Assembly: GCA_050015075.1 (NCBI GenBank)
Contig: JBEKCB010000009.1
Span: forward strand, 1-64,000
Source of the DNA: Candidatus Brocadiia bacterium
Lineage (GTDB): Bacteria; Planctomycetota; Brocadiia; CAIUPP01
Reading direction: 5' to 3'
Length of the DNA: 64,000 bases
The position numbers and the translations under genes are program-made. Shown in pieces: positions 18,609 to 28,853 of this stretch. The notes beneath the pieces were generated by a model. It worked only from the letters and a program-made list of their open reading frames with translations. It did not search any database and had not been told where the DNA came from. Within the stretch, counting starts at the first letter, position 1. Each line of letters begins with the position of its first letter.

Positions 18609-19580
18609 ATGAGCATCAGCAAACCGAAGCCGCCGGACGATGCGCCGCGCGAGTTGCGCGCCGCGCTGCGCCGGCTCGTCAAGCGGGCCGAGAAAAGCAC
18701 CACGTTTCTCCCCGTCGGCGAATACACCCTGCCGCAGCCCGAGGCGGCCTCGCACATCACCGCGCTCCTGCGGCAGATTCTGTTCTTCGGGTACATCGGG
18801 CGGCAGGACCTCACCGTGCACACGCTCGAGGCGCACGTGGCGGAACTCTCGCAGCAGCTCTTCAGCATCCTCTCCGATCAGATCGCGCGCGCGCTGCGCC
18901 ACGCCTGCCGCCAGGAACATCGCCCCTGCGACAAGTGCCTCGGCAACGGCCGGCAACAGGCCCTCGCGCTCATCAACAAGCTCGCGGACATCCGCGAGAT
19001 GCTCGAGGACGACGTGCGCGCCGCCTACGACGGCGACCCGGCGGCCCGGAGCTACGACGAGGTCGTCTTCAGCTATCCGGGCCTGTACGCGATCACCGTC
19101 CACCGCGTCGCGCACGAGCTTTACGTCCAGGGCGTGCCGCTGCTGCCGCGGCTGCTCTCCGAGCTGGCGCATTCGCAGACTGGCATTGACATCCATCCCG
19201 GCGCGAAGATCGGCCGCTCGTTCTTCATTGACCACGGCACCGGCGTGGTGATCGGCGAGACGACGGTGATCGGCGACCACGTGAAAATGTACCAGGGCGC
19301 CACGCTGGGCGCGCTGAGCTTCCCGCGCGACGCCTGTGGCGCGCTCATCCGCGGCGTAAAGCGCCATCCGACCATCGAGGACCACGTGACGATTTACGCC
19401 GGCGCGGCCATCCTCGGCGGCGACGTGGTGATCGGCCGCGGCTCGGTCATCGGCAGCAGCGTCTGGCTGACCCACTCCGTGCCGCCCGGCACGAAAGTGA
19501 TCACCGAATCGCCTCGCCTGCGATACAAGAACTCCGACGACGTCCTCAAGGGCGAGTCCGCGGCGGATTTTCAGATCTGA
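18609..19580 (+). CDS. cysE: Serine O-acetyltransferase
   Basis: GDPAA, SYPG, DIHPGA, FIDHGTGVVIGET, KRHPTI. Confidence 0.9.
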   Translation: MSISKPKPPDDAPRELRAALRRLVKRAEKSTTFLPVGEYTLPQPEAASHITALLRQILFFGYIGRQDLTVHTLEAHVAELSQQLFSILSDQIARALRHACRQEHRPCDKCLGNGRQQALALINKLADIREMLEDDVRAAYDGDPAARSYDEVVFSYPGLYAITVHRVAHELYVQGVPLLPRLLSELAHSQTGIDIHPGAKIGRSFFIDHGTGVVIGETTVIGDHVKMYQGATLGALSFPRDACGALIRGVKRHPTIEDHVTIYAGAAILGGDVVIGRGSVIGSSVWLTHSVPPGTKVITESPRLRYKNSDDVLKGESAADFQI

Positions 19581-19612
19581 GCGGGCAGCGAGCGGCGCGT
19601 CTCGGGCAAAAA

Positions 19613-19697
19613 TCGTCGTCGTCCTCGTCGTCGTCCTCGTCCTCGAACGGCCGTTAGCTCCAGCCGAGGACGAGGACGACGACGAGGGCGAGGACGA
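19613..19697. repeat. GTCCTC/GAGGAC-armed palindromic element, copy 1
   Basis: (GTCCTC/GTCGTC)n arm, core CGAACGGCCGTTAGCTCCAGCCGA, (GAGGAC/GACGAC)n arm. Confidence 0.85.
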
Positions 19698-19716
19698 AGA
19701 CCACTACGAGCGGAGA

Positions 19717-20610
19717 ATGCCAAACCCGACACTCATCATCATGGCCGCCGGACTGGGCTCGCGCTACGGTCAGCTCAAGCCGCTGGCGCCGGTCGGCCCG
19801 AACGGAGAATCCGCCGTCGCCTATTCCATCCATGACGCCCTGAAGGCGGGCTTCGGCCGCATCGTCTTCGTGATCCGCAAAGCGATGGAAGCGCCCTTCC
19901 GCGACCGCGTCGGCCGGCCCGTCGAGAAATCCGCCGACACCGCGTACGTCTTCCAGGAACTCGACCGCCTGCCGGCCGGCTTCCGCGTCCCCGCCGGCCG
20001 CGAAAAACCGTGGGGCACCGGGCACGCGCTCCTCTGCTGCAAGGAGGCCGTGCGGACGCCGTTCGCGGTCATCAACGCGGACGACTTCTACGGGCCGACC
20101 TCCTACGCCGCGCTCGCCGGCCACTTGAAAGCCGCGCCGTCGTACTGCATGGCCGGATTCGTCCTGAAGAACACGCTTTCGCCGCACGGCAGCGTCTCGC
20201 GCGGAGTCTGCCAGGTGACGCGCGACGGCTTCCTCGCGAGCGTGACCGAGCGCACGCAGATCAGGCGCCAGGGAGATTCCGTCGAATATGCCGACGGGCC
20301 GGGCCGATGGGTGGAAATCCCCGGCGAGACGATCGTCTCGATGAACATGTGGGGCTTCACGCCGGCGATCTTCGGGGAGCTGGAGCGGCGGTTCGTCGCG
20401 TTCCTCGAAAAGAACGGCGCGGATCTCAAAGCGGAATACTACATTCCTTCGGTCGTCGGAGAGCTGGTGCGCGAAGGGAAGGCGAAAGTCCGCGTCCTCA
20501 AGAGCCAGGAGACCTGGTTCGGCCTGACCTATCCGGAAGACCTGCCCGCCGCGCAGCAGGCCGTCCGCGACCTCGTCCGCCGCGGCGTCTATCCCGAACG
20601 ACTGCAATAG
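19717..20610 (+). CDS. Sugar-phosphate nucleotidyltransferase family
   Basis: IMAAGLGSRYG.LK, REKPWGTGHA, VINADDFYG, SMNMWGF, WFGLTYPED. Confidence 0.88.
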   Translation: MPNPTLIIMAAGLGSRYGQLKPLAPVGPNGESAVAYSIHDALKAGFGRIVFVIRKAMEAPFRDRVGRPVEKSADTAYVFQELDRLPAGFRVPAGREKPWGTGHALLCCKEAVRTPFAVINADDFYGPTSYAALAGHLKAAPSYCMAGFVLKNTLSPHGSVSRGVCQVTRDGFLASVTERTQIRRQGDSVEYADGPGRWVEIPGETIVSMNMWGFTPAIFGELERRFVAFLEKNGADLKAEYYIPSVVGELVREGKAKVRVLKSQETWFGLTYPEDLPAAQQAVRDLVRRGVYPERLQ

Positions 20611-20615
20611 CGGAC

Positions 20616-20703
20616 GAACGTCGAACATCCAACGTCGAACGCTCAACGCCGAAGTTCGCATGGGCGCGCAGGTTCGGCGTTCAATGTTCGATGTTGGAAG
20701 TTC
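20616..20703. repeat. Heptamer-armed palindrome (AACGTCG/AACATCC units) between convergent genes
   Basis: gaacgtcgaacatccaacgtcgaacgctcaacgccgaa ... ttcggcgttcaatgttcgatgttggaagttc. Confidence 0.8.
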
Positions 20704-20718
20704 TGCGTTCGCCGTCAA

Positions 20719-21501
20719 TCACGCCCCAAGCAACTCCGCCGCCGCGCGGCCGGGGTCGGGCTGGCGCATGAGGCGCTCGCCGACGAGCATGGCGTCAACG
20801 CCAGCCTCCTGCAGCCTCAGCGCGTCGGCGCGGGATCGGATGCCGCTCTCGCTGACGACGATGATCGCCGGCGGGATCAAGGGACGCAGGCGAAAGGTCG
20901 CCGCCAGGTCCACGCCGAACGTGCGAAGGTCGCGGTTGTTGATGCCGACGATCTTCGGCCGAATCGCCAGCGCGCGGTCCAGGTCCGATTCGTCGTGCAC
21001 TTCGACCAGCGCGGCCAGGCCGAATTCGGCGGCGCGCCGGTGGAGGCGCGCCAGTTCGTCTCCGGGCAGCGCGGCGGCGATGAGCAGGATGGCGTCCGCG
21101 CCGGCGGTGCGGGCTTCGAGCACCTGGTAGTCGTCCAGGATGAAATCCTTCTGCAGGACCGGGATCGTCACCGCCTCGCGCGCGCTCCGCAGATCATCGG
21201 CGCTGCCCTGGAAGAACGGGGCGTCGGTGAGCACGGACATCGCAGCCGCCCCGGCGCCGGAATAGAGCCGCGCGACCTGCGCCGGGGCAAGGTCCGCGCG
21301 GATGACGCCCTGGCTCGGCGAGGCTCGCTTGAATTCCGCGATCAGCCGAATCGCGCCGTCCCGCCCGCGCCGGATCGCGCTGGCGAAATCACGCGGCGCG
21401 GGCGCGCCGTGCAGCCGTTTCGCCAGGTCGGCCGGCGGGACGAGCGCTTTGCGCCTTTGGACTTCTTCCCTTTTCGACGCGAGGATTTTGTCGAGAATCA
21501 A
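20719..21501 (-). CDS. trpC: Indole-3-glycerol phosphate synthase
   Basis: ILDKI, IAEFKRASPS.G, SVLTD..FF.G, KDFI, LVEVH, GINNRDL, VSESGI, LVGE; TTG start inferred. Confidence 0.92.
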   Translation of the reverse strand: MILDKILASKREEVQRRKALVPPADLAKRLHGAPAPRDFASAIRRGRDGAIRLIAEFKRASPSQGVIRADLAPAQVARLYSGAGAAAMSVLTDAPFFQGSADDLRSAREAVTIPVLQKDFILDDYQVLEARTAGADAILLIAAALPGDELARLHRRAAEFGLAALVEVHDESDLDRALAIRPKIVGINNRDLRTFGVDLAATFRLRPLIPPAIIVVSESGIRSRADALRLQEAGVDAMLVGERLMRQPDPGRAAAELLGA

Positions 21502-21687
21502 GCCGGCGACCTTTCCTGCCGAGACGAGCCGCGCGCAACGCGGGATGCGGACCCAAGCTCCAACAGGTATAGCGGACGGTCCGATGGGTGTCAATCGCAC
21601 GCGCCGGACGGGAGCTTGACGGCGCCGGGCCTTTGCGCTAAACTCGGTTCGGCCCAGGGGTTCGCCGAGACCACAGGTAATCAAACC

Positions 21688-22815
21688 ATGGAACGCAACT
21701 CCGTCTATCTCTTCAAAATCTTCGGTATCCCGATCCGCGTGCACGTCAGTTGGCTCATCATCTTCGTCCTCGTCACCTTGAGCCTGGTGACGGACTACTT
21801 CCCGCGCGTGCGCCACTACCAGTGGCCGGCGTTGACGTACTGGATCGTCGGGATCACCACCAGCCTGCTGTTCTTCGTCTCGGTGCTGCTGCACGAGCTG
21901 GCGCACTCGGTCGTCGCGCGGCGGCGCGGGATGAAAGTGCGCGACATCGTCCTCTTCATCTTCGGCGGCGTGTCGGAATTGGGCGACGAGCCCGGATCGG
22001 CGGCGACCGAGTTCATCATGGCGTTCGTCGGGCCGCTGACGAGCTTCGCCCTCGGCGCCGGTTCGCTGCTGCTTTACTGGCTGACGCGGACCGTGAGCGA
22101 GCCCGTCTCGGCCATCGCGTACTACCTGGGCATCATCAATATCTTCCTGGGGATCTTCAACCTGATCCCCGGCTTTCCGCTCGACGGCGGGCGCGTGCTG
22201 CGGGCGATCCTGTGGGGCATCACCGGCGACCTCCAGCGCTCCACGCGCTGGGCCTCGCGGCTGGGCAGCATCATCGCCTACTCCTTCATCTTCGGCGGCA
22301 TCTGCTGGATCGTGTTCCTCCGCGAGTACATGAACGGGCTCTGGCTCATCTTCATCGGCTGGTTCCTCAACAACGCGGCGCTGAGCACCTACAGCAACAT
22401 GCTCGTCAAGCACGTCCTCGGCGGCCACACGGCCAATGAGATCGTCAACCGCAACTGTTCCCGGATTGCGCCGGACCTGCCGATGGACGCGGTGGTCAAC
22501 AACTATATCCTGGCGCAGGGGCTGCGCTGCCTGCCGGTGGTCGAGGGCGAGCGCCTGCTGGGGCTGGTGACCTGGCAGAGCGTCAAGGCGGTGCCGCCGG
22601 AACAGTGGAGCCGCATGCACGCCGTGAACGCGATGGTCCCCATCGAGCAGGTGAAGGCGGTCCGCCCGGATTGCGACCTCTGGAACGCGCTGGAGCAAAT
22701 GGGCGGCGAAGGCGTCAGCCAGTTGGCGGTCACGCAGGACGGACAACTGGTCGGCCTGCTGACGCGCGACGCGATCATGGGCTTCCTGCAACTGCACGCC
22801 GAGCCGAAGAGCTGA
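21688..22815 (+). CDS. Site-2 protease (M50) with C-terminal CBS pair
   Basis: HELAH, FIFGGV, FNLIPGFPLDGGR, two CBS domains. Confidence 0.92.
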   Translation: MERNSVYLFKIFGIPIRVHVSWLIIFVLVTLSLVTDYFPRVRHYQWPALTYWIVGITTSLLFFVSVLLHELAHSVVARRRGMKVRDIVLFIFGGVSELGDEPGSAATEFIMAFVGPLTSFALGAGSLLLYWLTRTVSEPVSAIAYYLGIINIFLGIFNLIPGFPLDGGRVLRAILWGITGDLQRSTRWASRLGSIIAYSFIFGGICWIVFLREYMNGLWLIFIGWFLNNAALSTYSNMLVKHVLGGHTANEIVNRNCSRIAPDLPMDAVVNNYILAQGLRCLPVVEGERLLGLVTWQSVKAVPPEQWSRMHAVNAMVPIEQVKAVRPDCDLWNALEQMGGEGVSQLAVTQDGQLVGLLTRDAIMGFLQLHAEPKS

Positions 22816-22845
22816 CCCTGCGGCGGGCCGTCGCGCCGTAACCAA

Positions 22846-22924
22846 TCGTCCTCGGCCTCGTCCTCGTCGTCGTCCTCGGCTGGAGCTAACGGCCGTTCGA
22901 GGACGAGGACGACGACGAGGACGA
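22846..22924. repeat. GTCCTC/GAGGAC palindromic element, copy 2
   Basis: Core TCGGCTGGAGCTAACGGCCGTTCG is the exact reverse complement of the copy 1 core. Confidence 0.85.
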
Positions 22925-22936
22925 AAGAGGAACTTC

Positions 22937-23560
22937 TCACCAGCCCCGAATCCGATACGGCCTGAACCACCGGCACGGGCCCAGGATTTCGCGCAGGACT
23001 ACCGCCTGCGCCAACGGGCTCAGGTGCGCCATGGCCGGCAACCCTGCGACCAACTCCGACTCGACCGGCAGCGCCATGGCCTCGGCCATCGTCGCATCGG
23101 TTGATACCGGCCGCGTGGTCGGCGCGTGATGGAACGCGACAGGTACCGGCGACGGAGCCGCGCCGGGCGGTCTCGGCCGCGAGGGCGCGGGCGGACGCGG
23201 CGGTGCCGGCGGAGGCGGCTGAACCGGCGGGCGCTGCTGAACGGGCGGGCGCGGCGTGGGCGGGCGCGGCGGAACCGGAACGCCGGATTGCCGGGCCAGC
23301 TCTTCGAGAAAACGGTCCACCTCGGTCGCGGCGGTCCCTTTTGCTGGAGCGGGCGCCGCCGTTCCCGTCGAGGGCGCAGACGCGGCGGTTGCCGTTTCGG
23401 GCGCGCGCTTCGGCTCCGCCGACGCTTGCCGGCGCGCCTCCTGCTGCTCTTTGGAGCGGCGCATCACCAGCTTGATCACGTTGATCCCGATCACGACAAC
23501 GATGATGATGAACGGGATGATCCCGCTGTCGAAATCGGCGAGCGTCCACGTCGGGTGCAT
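22937..23560 (-). CDS. Pro-rich single-TM protein downstream of floA (YqfB-like)
   Basis: N-terminal TM segment, Pro-rich linker, C-terminal LAQAVVLREILGP. Confidence 0.7.
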   Translation of the reverse strand: MHPTWTLADFDSGIIPFIIIVVVIGINVIKLVMRRSKEQQEARRQASAEPKRAPETATAASAPSTGTAAPAPAKGTAATEVDRFLEELARQSGVPVPPRPPTPRPPVQQRPPVQPPPPAPPRPPAPSRPRPPGAAPSPVPVAFHHAPTTRPVSTDATMAEAMALPVESELVAGLPAMAHLSPLAQAVVLREILGPCRWFRPYRIRGW

Positions 23561-23580
23561 CTGTGCCTCCGAAAACCCGC

Positions 23581-24630
23581 TCAGACCTGGTGCGAATCCG
23601 CCTCGGTCCCCGGCGCCTTGCCGGAAATGGACCGGCGCATCTCCGTGTCGGCCTGGATGTTCCTGAACCCGTAGTAATCCATCACGCCGAGTTTGCCCTC
23701 GCGGAACGCCTGCGCGATCGCCTTGGGCACCTCGGCCTGGGCGAGCACCACGGCCGCCTCGTTCTCGCGCACGCGCGCCTTCATCTCCTGCTCCTGCGCC
23801 ACCGCCATCGCGCGGCGCTTCTCGGCCATGGCCTGCGCGACGTTCTTGTCCGCCTCGGCCTGGTCGGCCTGGAGCTTCGCGCCGATGTTCACGCCGATCT
23901 CCACGTCCGCGATGTCAATCGAGAGGATCTCGAACGCCGTCCCGGCGTCGAGGCCCTTCGCGAGCACGGTCTTCGAGATCATGTCCGGCTGTTCGAGCAC
24001 GCGCTTGTGCGACGGGGACGAGCCGATGGTCGCCACGATGCCCTCGCCGACGCGCGCGATGATCGTCTGCTCGCCGGCGCCGCCGACCAGCCGCGCGATG
24101 TTGGTGCGGACCGTCACGCGGGCGCGCGCCTTCACCTGGATCCCGTCGAGCGCCACGCCGTCCACCGTCGTGCGCCCGGACTGCGCGTTCGGGCAGTCAA
24201 TCACCCTCGGGTTGACGCTGGTCTGCACTGCCTCGAGCACGTCGCGTCCGGCCAGGTCAATCGCGCAGGCACGGTCGAAGGTAAGCTCGATGTCCGCCTT
24301 GTTCGCGGCGATGAGCGCGGTGATGACGCGCTGGACGTGGCCGCCGGCGAGGAAGTGCGTTTCGAGCTGATCGGTCGAGATGGTCAGGCCGGCCTTGACC
24401 GCGGCGATGCGGGCCGAGACGATCGCGGAGGCGTCCACGCGCCGCAGCCGCATCGCGATCAGCGTCACGAACCTGACGTGCGCGCCTGAGACCGCCGCAC
24501 GAATGTAAATCCAGCCGTACTGAAAAAGAAAAATCAGCAGAATGAAGCAAGCCAGCCCCAGCAGCACCAGCAAAAGAATCTCCGGTGTGCTGATGTCCGC
24601 CACCGTCAAAAGTCCCAATCCGAGTCCCAT
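23581..24630 (-). CDS. floA: Flotillin-like protein FloA (YqfA)
   Basis: [64 protein letters not shown]. Confidence 0.93.
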   Translation of the reverse strand: MGLGLGLLTVADISTPEILLLVLLGLACFILLIFLFQYGWIYIRAAVSGAHVRFVTLIAMRLRRVDASAIVSARIAAVKAGLTISTDQLETHFLAGGHVQRVITALIAANKADIELTFDRACAIDLAGRDVLEAVQTSVNPRVIDCPNAQSGRTTVDGVALDGIQVKARARVTVRTNIARLVGGAGEQTIIARVGEGIVATIGSSPSHKRVLEQPDMISKTVLAKGLDAGTAFEILSIDIADVEIGVNIGAKLQADQAEADKNVAQAMAEKRRAMAVAQEQEMKARVRENEAAVVLAQAEVPKAIAQAFREGKLGVMDYYGFRNIQADTEMRRSISGKAPGTEADSHQV

Positions 24631-24776
24631 CTTGCTCTCCTTCCATTTTGAACTGTCTTGAAGCCGGAGCCTAGCACCTCCGGCGCACCGAGTCAACACT
24701 TACGAGTGCCGCGCCCAGAATGCGGCTTCCTCATGGCATTAACATGTTGTGCTCAGTAGCGCCCGAAGATACCTCA

Positions 24777-25889
24777 CTATTTAAAGTGCGCGGACATTTT
24801 AGCTAGTTCATTCTCGACTGTTGGACGGCTCTCGGGACGCTTACTTAAGTAGCCTGAGATGGTTTTAAAGCATCCGTCCAAATCAGCAAGACGATAATCA
24901 GTAAATGTCACAGTTGTAATTCCGAATTCGGCGAAATAACGATTCCTCTTTTCCATTTCCTTTTCCCAATGTCCGGCCAGCTCACCGTTGATCTCGACCT
25001 GCGTTTTCTTCGTGATCCCGTTCATGAAGTAATGAGTCGAGTGAGGACTTAGCTCGAAGCCAACGTGCTCAAGCGTATAAGTATTAAGAACTGCGTAGTC
25101 AAGACGATACATGTGTTCCTTTGCCAATCCCGCATAGCGCAACTCTGGAATAAGGAACGGCTCGCTTTCTGGATCCGCCGATAGATCAATGTAGGCCACG
25201 TACCGGTCTGCAATTTCACGCTCGTACAATGAGTTAGAGACTCGCTTCAGTATTGACCTGTAGAAGTCAAGCAGCATTTCCAAGCTGTGGAATTTGTACG
25301 GAGTGGATACAGAAGGATCAACAAAACCTTCAGCGAGAACTTGCCCAACCGTCCAGTATACGTATGGAGCACGCCTCATCTCGCTTTTGTCGTTGGTCCA
25401 TTTAGCTCCGCGAAATGCGGGGGCTATAAGCAAACCCCATGTCATCTGATTGTTGCCAAACCATAGGCTCCATAGTGATTCGCCTGGTTTAGCGCGCGTT
25501 CTCTCAACGAAGTTGCGGTAGAAGTTCCTCTCCAGAAATAGGAAGGTATACTTGCAGATAACCTCGTCTTGAAGGAGTTGCATGATCATGTATGCAGCGC
25601 AGCTCAGGTTAACTGTTCCCCCTCGGTAGACCGCGCGGTTCAGACCTTGGAGCCATTTGGCAAGAAAATCTCGGAAGTCAGGGAACTGAGTTCGCACGCT
25701 GTCAACATAAGTGTTGTTCTTTCCGCCGATGACTGCATGAAATGATAGCAGCTTCGGTTCCCTCTTAGTTATTGAAGCATACCTTCGAAGAGCTTCTGGT
25801 TGGAGACGTTTGAGTTCGCCAGTGATTTGAAACTCAATTCCCTGCAGTGTCGCAACGTCAGTCGCCGAGAGTTGCATATCATTCCCCAA
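24777..25889 (-). CDS. AT-richer hypothetical protein with C-terminal Vsr/DUF559-like nuclease signature
   Basis: 370-aa ORF with foreign composition; IPELRY..YRLDY..GFELSPHSTH..KRNRYF..FGITTVTFT. Confidence 0.7.
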   Translation of the reverse strand: MGNDMQLSATDVATLQGIEFQITGELKRLQPEALRRYASITKREPKLLSFHAVIGGKNNTYVDSVRTQFPDFRDFLAKWLQGLNRAVYRGGTVNLSCAAYMIMQLLQDEVICKYTFLFLERNFYRNFVERTRAKPGESLWSLWFGNNQMTWGLLIAPAFRGAKWTNDKSEMRRAPYVYWTVGQVLAEGFVDPSVSTPYKFHSLEMLLDFYRSILKRVSNSLYEREIADRYVAYIDLSADPESEPFLIPELRYAGLAKEHMYRLDYAVLNTYTLEHVGFELSPHSTHYFMNGITKKTQVEINGELAGHWEKEMEKRNRYFAEFGITTVTFTDYRLADLDGCFKTISGYLSKRPESRPTVENELAKMSAHFK

Positions 25890-26042
25890 GCGTGCTCTTA
25901 TGCCGACGCGCTTTCCCAGCGTTCCCGGCGTACAAGTGGTCCATTATCAATGTTCCCGGAGAAACCGTACTTACTCTTTCTGCCGGTCGCAAAGGTATTA
26001 AGGAGAGCGATCCTTTCGATCCTGACATCCTGTCCAAGCCGT

Positions 26043-26504
26043 TCAACCCCTCACCGCCCGGACGACGACGCGGTTTCCTTTGACCTCGACTACGCGGACG
26101 CGCGCGTCGCGGTCTACGACTTCGCCTTCGGAGACCACGTCCACTTTCTTGTCGCCGAACCGGGCCATGCCGGCCGGGCGCAGCGCGGTGAGCGCCACGC
26201 CTTCCTGGCCGACGAGGTCCTTGTACTGCATCTGCGCGCCGGTGTAGCCGGTCTGGGTGAACTTCATCGCCAGGACGCGGTTGATGACTTTGACCCAGAC
26301 GATGGCCAGCACCGGGACCGACGCGGCGGCGATGACCACGAGCGTCCAGCCGAGGCCCGCGCTTTTCTCAAACCCGAAGTAGATGCTGACCAGCATGCAG
26401 GTGAGCCCGATCAGCCCGAGCACTACGCCGACGAGGAATATCTCGGCGACGATCAGCGACAGGCCCAGGGCAAACAGCAGCACGACCCACAGTTCGCTGC
26501 CCAC
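26043..26504 (-). CDS. Short NfeD family protein (TM + OB fold)
   Basis: TM segments followed by G.EGVALTALRPAG..VDVVSEG..VRVVEV.GNRVVV. Confidence 0.88.
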   Translation of the reverse strand: MGSELWVVLLFALGLSLIVAEIFLVGVVLGLIGLTCMLVSIYFGFEKSAGLGWTLVVIAAASVPVLAIVWVKVINRVLAMKFTQTGYTGAQMQYKDLVGQEGVALTALRPAGMARFGDKKVDVVSEGEVVDRDARVRVVEVKGNRVVVRAVRG

Positions 26505-26531
26505 TCTTGCGTTCTCCTAACCTTTTGTTTC

Positions 26532-26843
26532 ACCACCAAGGCACCAAGGCACAAAGAGACAACGGCTTCCACCACGGAATACACGGAGCACACTAAATGA
26601 CTTTTCCGAACAGCTTCAGTGTTTTCCGTGTGTTCCGTGGTTGCAATATCAGTTGCGTTCTTGATGTCTTTCAATCACAAATCAGCGCGCCTTTTCAACC
26701 ACCGGGCACAAAGAGATAATAGCTTCCACCACGGAATACACGGAGCACACTAAGTGACTTTTCTGAACAGCTTCAGTGTTTTCCGTGTGTTCCGTGGTTG
26801 CAATATCAGTTGGCGTTTTTGGTGCCTTGGTGTCTTGGTGGTT
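26532..26843. repeat. Tandemly duplicated nested palindromic element
   Basis: ~108-bp near-identical direct repeat (about 26548-26655 and 26705-26812), each with an ACCACGGAA..TTCCGTGGT hairpin inside CACCAAGG/CTTGGTG arms. Confidence 0.85.
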
Positions 26844-26853
26844 AAAGTGGTCA

Positions 26854-28359
26854 TCAGTTTTTCTTCCGGACGACAATCCGATTGCCGCTGACTTCGGCTA
26901 CGACGATCGGGGTGCCCGGCTCGATGAATTCGCCGTCGGTGATGACCGGGTACGTCTCGCCGCCGATCTCGGCGCTGCCCGACGGCCGCAGCATGCTCAT
27001 GGAGCGGCCCGTCATCCCGACGAGGCCCTGCTGCTCGGCGCTGACGACGACGTAACCGCCGGCGTGCGATTGCTGCGTGGCCAGGACGAGCTTTTTCAGG
27101 AACGGCGTCTTCGGCAGGAAACGCACGAGGATCATGAACAGCAGCGTCGCCGTCAGCAGGCTGCCGAAGATGGAGGTCAGGTTGTGGACGAGGACGGTGA
27201 GCTGCCAGTCGTACTCCGGGGTCTGCGGCCTCGGGATGGTGAAGTTCTGGAACGCCAGCACGAGCGACAGGATGATGCAGATCGCGCCGCCGATGCCGAG
27301 GAGGCCGACTCCCGGCCAGACGAAGATCTCGAGGGCGATCAGGCCGAGCCCCGCGACGAACAGCATCATGTCCGCCACGGTCGCGAGGCCGACCATGTAC
27401 TTGCTCAGGAACAAGATGCCGAAGCAGACGATGGCCACGGCCTCGGGCGCGCCGAAGCCGGGCGTCTTGAAACAAATGTAGACCGCGATGGTGCCGATGA
27501 TCATCAGCACGCTCGAGACGGCGGCGCTGTTGAGGAAGCGGACCATCTCCTCGGACCAGTTCACGTCGGCGATGATCCGCTGCGCGCCGGGCGCGGCGAC
27601 GAGCGCCACCGCGTCGTCGAGGCTGGAGACGCTGTCGCGCGAGATGCCGTAGGCGCGCGCCTCCTGGTCATCCATGGTCAGCAGCTTGCCCTTGCCGGCG
27701 ATCAGCTTCGTCTCCAGCCCCTGCTTCTCGTCGGTCTTCATTTCGGCCAGTTCCTGGCCGGAGAGGTAGCGGACGGTCCCGCTTGCGGACGTGCACTGGT
27801 AGACCTCCATGTCCGGGTCCACCATCTTCTCGCAGAGCGCGGTGGGATAGCCGTTGGCCTTGGAGTACTTGCGCATCAGCACGCGGACGAAGGTCTGAAT
27901 TTTTTCGGGGGCGGGCTCCATCGTCTGCGACTGCGTGATCATGATCGCCTCGCAGTCGCCGAGCGTGGTGCCGCGGCGCATGATGATCTGCTGGCAGGCC
28001 AGGCTGATCAGCGCGCCGGCGGAGATGGCTTTCTTGTCCACATAGGCCACGGTCCGGGCCTTGCTGCCGGCGGCCAGGATCATGTCGGCCATTTCCGCGC
28101 CGGGGTCGAGCCCGCCGCCGTAGGAATCCATCTCGAAAATGATGACGCCGGCGCCCTGCTCGAGCGCGGCGTCCAGGCGGCGTTCGAGGGATTTCTGGAG
28201 GCCGTAATCAATGTCGCCGGAGATCGGGATGACGGCGACTTTGGACGCGAGCGCGGGTTGCGCGGCGGGCGCCTGCAAGGCGGCCGGCTTCTCCTCGGCC
28301 GTCGCCGCGCCGAGCAGGCACAGGGCCGCCAGGACGATGATGAGACGGGTGCGCATCAT
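26854..28359 (-). CDS. Long NfeD family membrane serine protease (ClpP-class + TM + OB)
   Basis: Signal peptide; MDSYGG, AISAGALI (Ser), PEKI (Lys), KLLTM, TPGFG, LEIFVWPG, LRPSG. Confidence 0.9.
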   Translation of the reverse strand: MMRTRLIIVLAALCLLGAATAEEKPAALQAPAAQPALASKVAVIPISGDIDYGLQKSLERRLDAALEQGAGVIIFEMDSYGGGLDPGAEMADMILAAGSKARTVAYVDKKAISAGALISLACQQIIMRRGTTLGDCEAIMITQSQTMEPAPEKIQTFVRVLMRKYSKANGYPTALCEKMVDPDMEVYQCTSASGTVRYLSGQELAEMKTDEKQGLETKLIAGKGKLLTMDDQEARAYGISRDSVSSLDDAVALVAAPGAQRIIADVNWSEEMVRFLNSAAVSSVLMIIGTIAVYICFKTPGFGAPEAVAIVCFGILFLSKYMVGLATVADMMLFVAGLGLIALEIFVWPGVGLLGIGGAICIILSLVLAFQNFTIPRPQTPEYDWQLTVLVHNLTSIFGSLLTATLLFMILVRFLPKTPFLKKLVLATQQSHAGGYVVVSAEQQGLVGMTGRSMSMLRPSGSAEIGGETYPVITDGEFIEPGTPIVVAEVSGNRIVVRKKN

Positions 28360-28366
28360 GTTCTTG

Positions 28367-28476
<110 letters not shown>

Positions 28477-28542
28477 TCTAAAGCGTGCCCGGATTATAGG
28501 CCCGCTGAAATCCCCTGTCAACGAGGCCGGAGGACAGCCCGA

Positions 28543-28836
28543 TCAATCCCAAACCGGACCCTGCGGTTTGCCGTCGTCGCCGGCTTCCTTGGCTTTCTCC
28601 TGCGCTTTTTTGAAAAGCTCCTCGATACGCTCCTTGCGTTGCGACTCGCGCTCCTTCGCCGCCGCGAGCTTCGCCTCCTGCTCCGACTTGGACTTCTCGA
28701 TGCTGTGCAGGATCGAGCCGAGCTTCTCCTCGGGTTTCTGCTGCGGCTGGCCGGGAACGATGTGGTCCACCACCCGGCGCAGGCGCTCGTCAATCATCAG
28801 GATCCCGCCGCAGACGGGGCATTTCACTCGGAACAC
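28543..28836 (-). CDS. Small CxxC / coiled-coil hypothetical protein
   Basis: KCPVCG N-terminus, charged helical C-terminus ending in WD; AGGAG RBS before GTG. Confidence 0.7.
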   Translation of the reverse strand: MFRVKCPVCGGILMIDERLRRVVDHIVPGQPQQKPEEKLGSILHSIEKSKSEQEAKLAAAKERESQRKERIEELFKKAQEKAKEAGDDGKPQGPVWD

Positions 28837-28853
28837 TCAAGGACTCCTTTTCA

